A stretch of DNA of 62,463 nt, the filler included, from Stramenopiles sp. TOSAG23-3 (taxonomy: Eukaryota): the NCBI GenBank assembly GCA_900128585.1. It is 13 parts of 13 records of this genome, joined end to end, with 100 filler letters (N's around TTAATTAATTAA, not from the genome) between each part and the next. Parts side by side here need not be neighbours in the genome. Positions count along the whole stretch, not along the records: positions 1 to 4,732 come from LT643722.1; positions 4,833 to 9,561 come from LT643723.1; positions 9,662 to 14,381 come from LT643724.1; 10 more parts are not named here. One strand, given 5' to 3'. The notes below the pieces were generated by a model. The model made no database searches, was not told the DNA's origin, and saw only the letters and a list, made by a program, of their open reading frames with translations. Numbering within the stretch: the first letter of the stretch is position 1; every line of letters begins with the position of its first letter. Positions 1-11,266 of this stretch are shown piece after piece. The position numbers were made by a program, and so were the translations under genes.

Positions 1-1
1 G

Positions 2-1186
2 CAAGAGTCGCACGATAAACTAAGCAACGAGTACAAAGCCATGCTGTCCTCAAAGGATGAAGCAGGATCAGAAGTAGAAGTTCTGAAGAAAAAGATAGCA
101 ACGAGCAACGAGCAAACAAATATTAAAATGGAAAGATTGCTAGCCGATTACGAAAGCTTGGAAGAAGCGCTTGCAAAAAAGGACCAAGCACATAAAGAAG
201 CCGTTTTGAAATTAAAAGAAGCTTTTGATAAAGACAAAGCTTCTGTAATGAGTGAGACAGCGGAATCGTGCAAAACATCACATATGTTGACGTTAACTGC
301 TGCTATTGATGAGCATCGAGTAAAGGTCGAAGGGATAAAGGCCGCCCATTCCGATGAAATAGCGAATTTAAAGTCGGAACTTCAAAAGCAAAATGAAACG
401 CTAGAAGAGCGGCTAAATGAAACCATAACCGAAAACGAAGTGCTTCAGAGAAAACTTGAGGAAGCAGATGAAATGCGAAGCAATGAAAAGGGGGGTATGG
501 AAAAGTCGCTAAAAATTCTTGAGGAAAAACACTCTGGCTTATCCGATCAGTATTCTCTGTTAAAACAAAAATCTTCGTTTGCTGTTATCGAGCACCAGAA
601 AGAAGCTGCCGAGTACAGGAAAAAGGTTGAAGAAGTTGAGAAACGAACAAGGGTTCAGCTAGAAGAGATGCGGAAGCGAATGGACGAGGCATTAACAGAA
701 ATGACAAAGAAAGCGAGCGAGAACCGATCAATGCGCACTGACACTAAAAAGCACCAGGCGAAACACAAGGATGAGATGGAAAACCTCCAAAAGCGTTTTG
801 AGTCCATCAAGCAAGCATTGCATCATGAAAGGGAAACAGCAAATGCCATCAAAGCCGATGGAGAATTGATCGAAGAATGGAAGAATAAAGTAGAAGAAAT
901 TGAAAACAAACTGGTCGACGTGAAAAAAACCGACAAGGCTATAATCGCAGAAATAAACCAAAACGCGCAAAAAGAAGTTTTTAAAGCAAAACAAGAGGCC
1001 AACGAACAGACGAAAATTACTATGAAGGCCCTAGAAAGATTGCGTCAAGAAGAGAGCCGTAGTGACAAATACAGAGACGAGGCGAGGTCCCTGAAGAAGA
1101 AACTTCAAGACAGCGATATGCAAATTAAAATGGCCAAAGCACAAATACAACAGCTAGCAACGTTTGCAGGGTCCAGGGGACGTTGA
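2..1186 (+). CDS. Long coiled-coil protein, 5'-partial
   Basis: Frame is open from base 2 to TGA at 1186; E/K/Q/L-rich heptad-like sequence throughout; no family-diagnostic motif. Confidence 0.75.
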   Translation, partial: QESHDKLSNEYKAMLSSKDEAGSEVEVLKKKIATSNEQTNIKMERLLADYESLEEALAKKDQAHKEAVLKLKEAFDKDKASVMSETAESCKTSHMLTLTAAIDEHRVKVEGIKAAHSDEIANLKSELQKQNETLEERLNETITENEVLQRKLEEADEMRSNEKGGMEKSLKILEEKHSGLSDQYSLLKQKSSFAVIEHQKEAAEYRKKVEEVEKRTRVQLEEMRKRMDEALTEMTKKASENRSMRTDTKKHQAKHKDEMENLQKRFESIKQALHHERETANAIKADGELIEEWKNKVEEIENKLVDVKKTDKAIIAEINQNAQKEVFKAKQEANEQTKITMKALERLRQEESRSDKYRDEARSLKKKLQDSDMQIKMAKAQIQQLATFAGSRGR

Positions 1187-1223
1187 ACGCAGTTTTGCTC
1201 CTCTCACAAATTATTATATTCTG

Positions 1224-1686
1224 CGAACTGAACTCTACTGGTGTGATTATAGTAATCAATATAGCCTTGTCACTTAAACTTGACTATCATTGTCATATAT
1301 GTACTTCATGCATGATCCGAATCAGTGAGTGAAACCGCGTTAACGCCATAAGACCCATAATCAACTTCCTCATCCAATATCTCACTCATAGATGAACCAT
1401 TCCTTGTGTGGTTTTCCAAGCAGCGGCGTGAATGTTTTAAAGGTGCTCGTTGTCTGTCATGTAAATCAGCTTAGGGAATCTAAAATCAAAACACAAAATA
1501 CTGGTCGAACTTATCTCTACTCTTATGGTTTTACTAATCAATATATCATACCCTTTGTCACTTAGTCTTGACTATCACATCACGCTCAAATGTACTCCAT
1601 GCGTGGTCCGAATCGGTAGGTGAATTTGCTTCAATGGCAAAGCAAAAGACCCGTGATCAACTTTCTCATCCGATGTCTCACTCGTA
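1224..1686. repeat. Diverged direct duplication, two copies of about 170-180 bp (about 1224-1390 and 1506-1686)
   Basis: Collinear shared blocks: CGAACT..CTCTACT, TAATCAATATA, TTGTCACTTA..CTTGACTATCA, ATGTACTYCATGCRTGRTCCGAATCRGT, AAGACCCRTRATCAACTTYCTCATCCRATRTCTCACTCRTA. Confidence 0.8.
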
Positions 1687-1709
1687 ATTATCTTTACAGA
1701 ACTTCTCTC

Positions 1710-3884
1710 TTATTTTGTCCTCAACGAATCCAGTTTCTTCTCCAAACTAGCAATCCGGCTGTTTGTGTTATTCGAGTCGTTAATCAAAGTATCCAAACTA
1801 TCGCGCATTAAATGCACGCTGCTAATTACCTCTATGATTCTCGCAGCTTGGTTTGAACTAGCAGGCCTACTTGCCACTGAATCAAAACTGTACTCACTAA
1901 GCGGCATCCTCGTTTCCACAACCGATCGCCTTCGTTTCTTGCCTACTTCTGTAACACTGCTGCTTTCTCCACCAACGGAAGTGTCACTTCTAAAATTGGT
2001 CCCAGTTTCGGTCACATCATTATGTTTGGAGACTTTAGTAATTTCATCCCTGAGATCCGGGAAATCTATGCAGATATCTTCGAAATCCCGCTTCATGAGA
2101 ACCCTGGTGTCGCAGTTTGCATTTGCTATGATGCTGACGGCGTTCCGGTGGTGCATAAGGAGCGATTTTTCCCCAAAGTAGTCGCCCACCACAAGCAACC
2201 CGAGGGGCATCCGATGCCCTTGTTGCATTATTCTTGCTGTCCCATGTACAATAAAAACCATGTCTTGACTCGCCTGCCCTTCTTCGGCAAGAACATCGTC
2301 TGCCAAGAAAACCCGATACCGGAAAGCGTGGACTAGCCGTAAAATACACTCGTTCGAACATTTTCGGAAAAACGAACAATGAATGATGACGTCTTTGTTC
2401 ATATGCAACAATATTTCGCTTCGCAAGGTAGGGGACAGGTCATTAGTAAACCGGGCTCTAGAGGGGTCGAACGTACGATGTCGATTCCACAGGTATTCGT
2501 AATATGCCAAGGTCCTGTCCATTAATTCCGGGGGTAAGTTCAGCGCCCTCATTTCATCGGTAACCATGTCCATCTTGCTCTGGTATTGGTACGATGTACT
2601 ATTTTGGTTTGAAACCACAAAACTGACCTGACCCACAATCACTGCAGTAACCACCGTCCCCAGCAGCAAGACAAACGTGCCGTAGGCCTTTTCATACGGC
2701 GTTACCATATCCATGCCTTCCCCAATGAGCATTTTGAAGGCAGCGTACATCAGTGTTGAATACTGATTCATCAACGATAATCCTTGCGGATTTAAACCCA
2801 CGTTTTCTTCGAGCCAAGTGCCCCGGCCCAATTCACCCTCTAAGTTCATGATGAAAAAAAACGCGCACCCCACCCAGTGGGCGATCATGATTATACCAAG
2901 GATGAAACGAAGAATTTTCATCGCGCCAGCATACTTGAAACGTTCAATGTACTTGAAAATTCTTCCCAAACGAAGCAGCCGGGGAAGCTTCAGCAATCGC
3001 AACAGAGTCGTCAACTTTACATTTTCTTCGCCGCTTTCGGCGCTTCCAGCGAATAGTATTTCAAGTGGAAAACAAGCTAAAAAATCAATTGGAAACCATC
3101 CACTAAGGTAATTGTTGATAATCAGTTTGCTGTCCAATTGAATGTCGCCATTCTTCAGCTCATACCCTGTTCTAAAGCATAAGCAAACGTCTAAAATAAA
3201 TATCCAGTCAATCAGAACTTCTATAGTCTTCTCCAACCCCGGTTCTTGGGGGAATGCCAGTGAAAGGGGTATCTCTACAGCACTGAACAACACCAAGCAA
3301 ACACACACCAAATCCCAAGTTTCTTTTGCGGGGTGGCGCGGGTTTATCGGGGCCTTATACCATTTTCTCTTTGCCCTCTTCAAATCTTTGGCTTCTTTTT
3401 CTTTCTGAGCATCTATTTTCTCCTTCATTTTTCCAGCCTGTTGGATACGGATTTCATCGATCTTTTCTGTTAGGCTGTGTGTTCGATCGCGTTCGTGCTT
3501 ATGTGTATCGTTGAGAATTTTCTTCATGCTGTTCCGTTTCTTTGCGCCTTTGAAAACACTTTCTCCTTTCTCGTGCGCGTCTCGCACTTTTGCCCACGTC
3601 TCCTTTCCTTTTTGCACCTTCTTAACGTTCTTTACTATTGCGTCCTTTAAATTTGAGTGGCCTGTTTGTTTGAACACGCTCTCTTGCGATGGATCGTTTT
3701 GCAGTGCAGAGAGCACCATGCTCTTTTGTCGTCCATCGTCTTCCACGGCTTCCGCAGGTGCTACCTTCGAGCTCTTGGACCAACTTCGTAAGTCGGTGTC
3801 TTTTTCAGGCGCACTAAACTCCTCTACCTTCGTAGTGTCACTCTCCACCTTTTTCTTCGCTGACCAAGAACGCAGACCGGACAT
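1710..3884 (-). CDS. Cyclic-nucleotide-binding-domain cation channel (CNG/HCN/EAG superfamily)
   Basis: Six TM segments; S4 LLRLLKLPRLLRLGR; pore helix AAFKMLIGEGMD; C-linker LPPELMDRTLAYYEYLW; cNMP domain GDYFGEKSLL. First ATG at 3884 (MSGLRSWS). Confidence 0.92.
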   Translation of the reverse strand: MSGLRSWSAKKKVESDTTKVEEFSAPEKDTDLRSWSKSSKVAPAEAVEDDGRQKSMVLSALQNDPSQESVFKQTGHSNLKDAIVKNVKKVQKGKETWAKVRDAHEKGESVFKGAKKRNSMKKILNDTHKHERDRTHSLTEKIDEIRIQQAGKMKEKIDAQKEKEAKDLKRAKRKWYKAPINPRHPAKETWDLVCVCLVLFSAVEIPLSLAFPQEPGLEKTIEVLIDWIFILDVCLCFRTGYELKNGDIQLDSKLIINNYLSGWFPIDFLACFPLEILFAGSAESGEENVKLTTLLRLLKLPRLLRLGRIFKYIERFKYAGAMKILRFILGIIMIAHWVGCAFFFIMNLEGELGRGTWLEENVGLNPQGLSLMNQYSTLMYAAFKMLIGEGMDMVTPYEKAYGTFVLLLGTVVTAVIVGQVSFVVSNQNSTSYQYQSKMDMVTDEMRALNLPPELMDRTLAYYEYLWNRHRTFDPSRARFTNDLSPTLRSEILLHMNKDVIIHCSFFRKCSNECILRLVHAFRYRVFLADDVLAEEGQASQDMVFIVHGTARIMQQGHRMPLGLLVVGDYFGEKSLLMHHRNAVSIIANANCDTRVLMKRDFEDICIDFPDLRDEITKVSKHNDVTETGTNFRSDTSVGGESSSVTEVGKKRRRSVVETRMPLSEYSFDSVASRPASSNQAARIIEVISSVHLMRDSLDTLINDSNNTNSRIASLEKKLDSLRTK

Positions 3885-4732
3885 GGTTGCACGTAATAAT
3901 AACTTCTTATCTAGACGCGCAAACCCAAAACCGACGTTGCTGCTTTTCAAGTTCAAAAGAAGAATGTACCTGAACAAAAACCTTTCAATGACCGCAAAGC
4001 ACACCACGATTTGTGTAACGAATTAAAGTTCCGAAGTAGTTAACGGTTTGCCTCGGTAGTTTTCTTTATCCTTCATATAATTAATTATATTTGCAAATAA
4101 TGTTTAAGGGATCATATTTTATTGATTAATACTAAAAACGAATAAATTACTATTATCACAGCACAGAACTAAAAGTGATGTTCTATAAAAAAAACGAATA
4201 AAAAAAATAATAATTTAAGAGAGAAGAAGAAAAGGAAGGAAGAGAAGGAAAGAGAGAAACTAACAGGATTGTGTGTGCATGTTATTTATATTATATTCTC
4301 TCACAGTTTATCTGAATATAGATAGGTACGGTCGTTTCCTTTTTTTGCTTTGATAATTAATTATATAATAAGGTTCATCTTGAGTAGTATATTAAAAAGA
4401 ATTATTAAATAAAACTATATTTTATTATAACTCACATGTTTACTTTCTACAAAAATAAAATAGAATTCCCTTATGGAAATCTATTCCTTAATTACGAATC
4501 TTTGGATATATTATCCATTTTATTAAAATCAACTCTCACTTGCCTTGCTATGCCTATATTATAAACTACAATTACATATAAATAGTACTTATTATATATT
4601 AATAACATATATACACACTACTGTATTGATAAACCATCAAAATCTATTTTAGTATAAATTGGTTACAATATTTTAAACAAGAAAATTGGCTGTGTTATTT
4701 ATAAGTAATTAAAATTAATGTGTAGTACTGCG

Positions 4733-4832
4733 NNNNNNNNNNNNNNNNNNNNNNNNNNNNNNNNNNNNNNNNNNNNTTAATTAATTAANNNNNNNNNNNN
4801 NNNNNNNNNNNNNNNNNNNNNNNNNNNNNNNN
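4733..4832. other. Artificial contig linker (N44-TTAATTAATTAA-N44), first of 12
   Basis: Identical 100-bp spacers at 4733, 9562, 14382, 19200, 24018, 28832, 33645, 38456, 43266, 48072, 52873 and 57671. The core places stop codons in all six frames. Confidence 0.99.
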
Positions 4833-6588
4833 TAATGGCAATCTTGTAGAACGATCGTGGAATCGGGCCGCCCCATGGATCTGGAAACACCTCTTTGTCC
4901 CCCATTGCCCGTTTCGCGGCAGCCGCGGCGGCTACGTCGTCGATGATTTTGTAGCCGTCGGCGATGTACTTGTCGCGAAACTTGCTTCGGGCGGCCTCCC
5001 TCGCGTCGTCTTCCTTCAACTCTTGCTCGGTGTACTCATCTGCAATTACTGCCAACGCAAGGTTTAGCATCACAAAGTTACAGAGAAGGACCATGAGAGA
5101 ATAATAGAAGACAACAATGAAGTACAAGAATGGGCTTGAGTCACTGTAGGAGTTCCCGACGGCATACATCGAGTCGACCCACCCCTCAAGGGTAATACTT
5201 GCAAAAATCCAAGCAACGGCGACGCCAATGTTGTCGAAACTGGACCATCCAAAGTTTGGATTGCCGTTTGGTAGACACACCATCGTGCCTGCTTCGTGGG
5301 TCCAGGTATCATTGCCATACGCCCGCGCCGAGCACCGACGACCGTTAGCCCACGTGTGTGCGGACTTGCGACAGCCCTTTGGGAACGAAGTAATCAATGG
5401 GTTCTCTGCGGTGTAGCTGGCGTTGCCGCTTATGGTGGCAAGGTTGTGAGCAACAAACCCTTCGTATCGACAGTCCTGGCCGTACGAGGTTTCAGGGAAG
5501 AACTGCAGACCGCACAGCGAGCCTTGGTCGCCATCATGTGTCCACCCGCCAGTCTCTGCCGTAATGGCGGCCTGGTCCAGGTAGTAGCACTGCCCTTCCA
5601 GAATCCCGGAGAACAGCTGCACGCCCAAGATCCCGAACAGCAGGAACAGGGAGGACCCCAGCAACAAAACGGAGCCCATGCTTTTTGCCGATTCCATCAA
5701 CGAGGAAACAATGGTTTTCATCCCTGGAATGGCAGTCATGGTTTTCAGAGGCCTCAGCACACGGAATGTCCTCAGTCCTGAAAAGTTAGCAACGCCTGGA
5801 AGCAGCGCTAGGAAGGCCACAATGACGACGACGAAATCGAGCCAATTCCAGGGGTCTTTCAAGTAGGCACCGTTGATCCCTTGCTTCATGTCCGGATCAC
5901 CGAACCAGAAGCCCTGGGCAATAATCTTAGCTACCATTTCAAACGCGAAGGCAACGAGAAAGACCCATTCCATAGAGCTTGAAATGCTGTCGAGGACCAA
6001 ATCGTTGCACTCGGTTGGTCTATCGGCGATCTTGCCTGTATCCTCGTTCTTTGGCGGCTTCACTCCCTCAAGTTCCAAATCGACGCAGCACCTTTCGGAA
6101 GCCGAAGTTGTCCAGACTTTGGCACTTAACAGCCCCTCGTCACGAGGGCCGACAGCCGGCGACACGCCGAGGTTCATCTTCATTAAATAGTTATCTGAAC
6201 TACATTTGACGATGCCATCGGTTGAGGCGGGGTCGGGACTTGGCTGGAACCCGGTCTTGACAGCGGAGTCCAACCAAGGCAAATCCGGTCTCTCTCCCGT
6301 CGTTGAGGGGCAACACAAAGGGTGCGGCTTTGCCATTGCCAGGAACAGACAATTCAGCAAAATAAGACTGATGATAAACCATTCGAACCATGCTGCGTGC
6401 ACAAGTCTAATAAAAAACTTTCGGCACGGGTTATTGGGTTTAAGAATATACAACGATGTATTGACATATCTCGGTACGAAACCAATCGGAGACTTATTCA
6501 GCTCCAGTTCGGCTTCCTCTAATATTTGCGACTCCTTTACCGTCGGTTGGGTCGCCATGTCCAGCGACGAGGAAACAGGCGTGTCCAT
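4833..6588 (-). CDS. Voltage-gated Ca2+/Na+ channel alpha subunit, domain I, 3'-partial
   Basis: WFEWFIISLILLNCLFLA (S1); YLKDPWNWLDFVVV (S3); GLRTFRVLRPLK (S4); pore SFDNIG..SITLEGW; S6 FVMLNLALAVI. Runs into the linker at the start of domain II. Confidence 0.92.
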
Positions 6589-7853
6589 GCTGTAACTATT
6601 TGCCTGCTTTGTATTCAACTAACCCGTTTGATTACAGTTTGTCTTAGTATTCCGCAGACCCTTTCACACCTTTCGTTTCTCGTATGAGCAATGTAGAGAG
6701 CTGGTCGAAGCGACTCGAAAAAGGCTACGATGCAAGTTCTTTGCAGCGATGTATCTCCTGGCAATATGATACAATTAAATTGCACGATATTTCAGATGAC
6801 AATTGTTTCTTTTCGTTCCACTGAACATGAAATGCAAACCGGAGAAAAATTAGCAAAGGGATGAAGTATCGTCATGGGAGCAGACGTTCCAGACTTAGTC
6901 CCAGTTCCTGCTCCATTGGTGTGCACATGAAATTACAAGAAGAGACAATTTTGGAAGCAGCCGAGTAGTAATACATCGTCACAGCAGTATTAACTTGCTC
7001 ACCGCTAACAATAACGTTGCATTTCCGCGTGCTCTAGAAAGTTTGAGTAACGTATTAAAAATGGCAAATTAGTATATTTTTTGATAGGGGCAAATTACCA
7101 CGACGTGCAAAAAATCGGCAGCATATTTTACGGGTAATAATAATGAGCGAGCGAATAACTCAGGTTTTATTTTGAATGCCTTGCAATAATATTTATTCGG
7201 GCGCTCATATTTTTCGGCACAAAATGAACACAGCATTGGAACTCCGTTCTAAATTAAACGAAAAAAAAAAAAGGTTTGTTAGCAATGTTTTTTTTCTCCC
7301 TTCCTAGAACGCTTTGTCGGTGTTTACACTAACACAGCATTAAAAATAATGTGCACGTTGGTTTCTGTTCCGCCTACGAAAATAAAATAAAAGACAAACA
7401 AGTGAACAAGTGGAGGAAAAGAGAAAAAAATAAGCCAACGATAAAATGTGGATCTTTTGCTGCAATGGTATCCCACGTTAATTATTAATACAGATTTTCG
7501 GGCGTTGATAGAAGTGACGCTGCAGATATTTGCAACGTTATGATCCGGGACGCCATCGGATTTGCCGAAACCCACTACATAGGAATTCGTTTGCACCAAG
7601 TGCGGGAACATCGTACTGTAAATGCGCCAACATTAAATCTATTTTTACAGCCGACAGCATTAATTTCGGTATTTTGCACCGCAACGGAGAAAAAAACTGC
7701 CCTTTTAATGCTAACGGAAAGGGGTGTTGCAGTTGATGCGAACTCAACTTCTACAGCCGGAGCTAAGCGCCCCGATATATTTTGATACCTCTTCACTAGG
7801 GGAGGAAGCTTACGACAATAATTGCAACGAACACAGACATCACAGGCAGATTG

Positions 7854-7898
7854 GTTTTGGGCTTTTTTTGGGCTTTTGGGCTTTTGGGCTTTTGGGCT
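7854..7898. repeat. Short tandem repeat (TTTTGGGC) about x5
   Basis: ttttgggc tttttttgggc ttttgggc ttttgggc ttttgggc read directly. Confidence 0.8.
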
Positions 7899-8515
7899 CG
7901 TGCGGTGCGCGCCGGCTCCTTTATGAGCAGAGATGCCCCAAATCGAACTTGTACTGTAATCCAGAAGATAACTACAAAACTGAAAACACAATACATTAAG
8001 GTATCAAACAAACATGGCATTATAAAATATCAATCCATTTTAAGAATCCAACATTTTATCCGAATGAAATCGGATTGGGGCTACTCATTCTAATCATAAT
8101 ACTACAGAGACGAGTTTACAAGACGGATGAATCGATGTGTTTCAATGTAATAAACTAGAAAAATAATGATAAACTCTATTGTTTTTAGATAGTACATAAT
8201 TGTACTTCTTAGTTACATAATTTATAATAATCTACATACTATACATGCCTATTCAAAAATATAACAAATATTAAAATGAGAATCATATTAACTACTACTT
8301 CCCAAATTTCTGAGTGTGATGGTGCTATGTGATGTTGTTACACCACCACCGTCAGTCACCACCACCACTGTCGCTTGGTGCAAAAAAAGGCGAAATTAAA
8401 ACAAGATAAATGGACGCCGTCAGTCGTTCGACTACGGTACCATACCCTCCTTCTTCCGCGCCCCTGGGGTCCTCCTTCTTTCGAAAAAGGAACAAAGCCT
8501 TGTTTTACGCGAAAG

Positions 8516-9561
8516 TTACTTTTTTGAAGTGTACAAGGTTGCCCACGACAGCTTTACGATGCGGACGCCATCGGATCGTTTCTCAACGACAGAACCTTCG
8601 CCGAATTCCGTCGACATAGTCTTGGGAACCTTTTCTTTCTTCTCCGCTTTCTTTACCACGGGGCGGGGGAGGGTGTCAAAGTGATCACGAACTTTCTGCA
8701 AGGCGTCCAGCGTGTCTGGAATATCTTCAGTGCAGCTGGGTGGGATAACATCAATTTTGGACTTGGACTTCAGTTCCGAGAAGTTGGCGATAGTGTCGAA
8801 CGTGTGGATCAGGTCTTTGTCCCTTTGTTGTTTCATTTTCTGCTTTTTCAGCTTCTTGCGCTTCTTCTTGCCTCTGGTATTGTTTCTGGCATACTCGGCC
8901 TCGTCGTCTCCTTTCTTTTTCATAATTCTGAGCCCCTCAAAACCTTTTGCAACACTATTGGTCTTTGCAGCGGGCTTATCTTCTGCTTCCGGAGCTGCCT
9001 GCTTTGGCAAAAGTTCTTTCAGGTAGTTGGACAGCAAGTCGCACATCGCGATCTCGGCCAACCAGGGCTTTTGCTTCGCGAGCTCGGCCTCGTACTCAAT
9101 GCGGCGCTGTTCTTTCTCTTTCGCCCACGCTTCGTCCTCTGCTTTACGAATGATAGCTTTCACCTTGCGCAACTCCAGAACGTATTCGTAGTATTCGTCG
9201 TTGATAACCTTCCAGTTCTTTCTCTTCTCTCTGATCAACGCGATCTTTTTCTCCTGGACCCCCTTCAGCTCGTCCAGCTTTTCGCGCAGAGGGGTTACGT
9301 CGGCGGTGGAACTATTCTGTTTCTTTTCAATAGCTTCTAACGTTTTTTTCGCGGCAACAATCTTCTCGCCGATTTCCTTCAAGGCTTTGTTCTTTTCACT
9401 GATAAGAGTGGCCAGCCCTTTCCCGGAGTCGGCTTCTGCCCTCAACTTTTCGTTGTGGGCGGAGAACGACGCAACGGTCTTCTTCATGCTTGTAAGTTGG
9501 TCGATTTGTTTGATCAAGTCCTTCTCGTCCCTGAGGGACATGTTCGTCGTGTTCTGCCGTT
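8516..9561 (-). CDS. Bfr1 / proton-pump-interactor-like coiled-coil protein, 5'-partial
   Basis: SLRDEKDLIKQIDQL, KPWLAEIAMCDLLSNYL, a K-rich tract and LIHTFDTIANFSEL..IPPS..DIP resemble Bfr1-type proteins. Frame is open to the linker. Confidence 0.65.
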
Positions 9562-9970
9562 NNNNNNNNNNNNNNNNNNNNNNNNNNNNNNNNNNNNNNN
9601 NNNNNTTAATTAATTAANNNNNNNNNNNNNNNNNNNNNNNNNNNNNNNNNNNNNNNNNNNNATAATATTAATATTTTTTATAGAAGAAGTACTCCCTCTC
9701 TTCTTCTTATTTTATATTTTACTCTCCTCCTCCTCTCTGATGATGCTGCACAGGTTTTTTTTTGTACTCACTCACATTTTTTATTTTTTCCCCTCAATTT
9801 TTTTAATAAACCAATGCAAAAAAGGGAAAAGAAAAAATCCCATTTGATCATTCATCTGCTTCGTTTCTTCTTTATATCAACAAGGAGAAACCAAACCTAT
9901 GAGTCGTTGTTTTGATTCAGAGTATTTCAAATCGTGCGCGTGTATTTTTTGATTCTCTGTTGTCCACGAA

Positions 9971-11266
9971 ATGCGCAGGGTTCTCCTCCAGTATGGCACG
10001 ACCGTCCCGAGGCTGTGGACTAGGGCGAACAGTGCAAACGGCCACGGGTGCGCGGTTAAGCACGGGAAATTGACGGGACAGGTTTTTCGCCGTTATAGAA
10101 ACAGCGGGGCGATCGTTGGCCGTAGTTTTTCAGCAGCCGTGTCCGCCCGCACAGGGGGGGCAGACGGCTCGGATAGCTCAGGCAAGGCCTTGCTGCAAAT
10201 TGCAGGTGCTGCAACGCTTGCCAGCGTTTGTTACGTTTTGTCCCCAGAGAACTCAGAAAACGATGCCCCAGAAGAGGCCGAAAGTATGGTGGAAGCACAG
10301 AAAGGCGGCGGTGCAGAGGTGAAAGGCGGGGAGGACATAGAGTTAGAAAAGAAAGGGCAAGAAAACCGAAAACGGATTCGAAATATTCTTCGGCGCAAGA
10401 CCTCTGCTTCACTGAAAATCGGTGGCCGGTATGTCTGCGGCTCGGTGGTTGGCCAAGGGTCGTACGGCCTGGTTCGCACGGCAAAGGACACGCAGGACAA
10501 CGATTCCCCTTGCGTTATTAAAGAAATAGACGTTGCCTTAACCAGCAGTTCGAGGGTAGACACGGAGATAAACATATTGATGAGCATCGGAAACCACACG
10601 GGTCTGTGCACGCTGCGGGACGCTTCCGAAGAAGATGGCCACAGGTTTCTTGTTTTTGACTTTGTTTCTGGGGATACCCTATTAGATTATGTACGAGCGA
10701 ATGGCCCCTTTGACGAGGTGACGGCGAGCAAGCTTGTACGCGAACTATTGCACGCCGTCAAACATCTTCACGACCAGGGCATCATTCACCGGGACATTAA
10801 ACCTGCAAATTTGATTTATCGGGAAAACAGGGACCAAGGCGAGAACAAATCAGATCTTGTGCTGATCGATTTTGGTATGGCGTGCCAAGTCAAGCGCCCA
10901 ACGGACAATGTCCGCCCCGGTGAAAGTGACGGCACGTATGCGTTTTGGTCCCCCGAAATGATGAAGCGGGAAAAGTACAGCTCAAAAGTAGATCTGTGGT
11001 CGGTTGGTGTCACGCTATACATAATGCTTTGCGGGCTGCACCCGTTTGATCCTGAGGGAAAGCGGTCGGACAAAGAGCTGTACCAGGCGGTCATCTCTCG
11101 CAACATTTCGAAGAATAATATATGGAAGAAGGAGCTTTCTGTACCGGCAAAAGCATTTCTGAAAGCGCTGTTGAACACAGACCCCAACCAAAGGCCAACT
11201 TGCTCGGAGGCTTTGGACCATGAATGGTTTAAGGAGATAGATGAAATGGTCGCAGGAGAGGAGTAA
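9971..11266 (+). CDS. Ser/Thr protein kinase, CAMK-like, with N-terminal targeting-like extension
   Basis: VGQGSYGLV, VIK, HRDIKPANL, DFG, GTYAFWSPE, DLWSVGV and a terminal RPT..EALDHEW motif. Confidence 0.93.
   Translation: MRRVLLQYGTTVPRLWTRANSANGHGCAVKHGKLTGQVFRRYRNSGAIVGRSFSAAVSARTGGADGSDSSGKALLQIAGAATLASVCYVLSPENSENDAPEEAESMVEAQKGGGAEVKGGEDIELEKKGQENRKRIRNILRRKTSASLKIGGRYVCGSVVGQGSYGLVRTAKDTQDNDSPCVIKEIDVALTSSSRVDTEINILMSIGNHTGLCTLRDASEEDGHRFLVFDFVSGDTLLDYVRANGPFDEVTASKLVRELLHAVKHLHDQGIIHRDIKPANLIYRENRDQGENKSDLVLIDFGMACQVKRPTDNVRPGESDGTYAFWSPEMMKREKYSSKVDLWSVGVTLYIMLCGLHPFDPEGKRSDKELYQAVISRNISKNNIWKKELSVPAKAFLKALLNTDPNQRPTCSEALDHEWFKEIDEMVAGEE

Noticed and set aside
3885-4007. Non-ATG upstream starts given by the ORF track (also 6618, 18413, 34318, 41661, 47126, 53489)
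   Set aside because: Eukaryotic context; the first plausible in-frame ATG was used instead.
4733-4832. TTAATTAATTAA as a biological repeat, and ORFs ending in X..LIN
   Set aside because: It is a synthetic six-frame stop spacer flanked by Ns.
1710-6588. Ion-channel gene cluster, and any other cross-contig operon or immune island
   Set aside because: The genes lie on different contigs joined by an artificial linker.
7324-8093. Short ORFs in the contig-2 intergenic region
   Set aside because: No recognisable motif, overlapping and mutually inconsistent frames, and partly made of a simple repeat.
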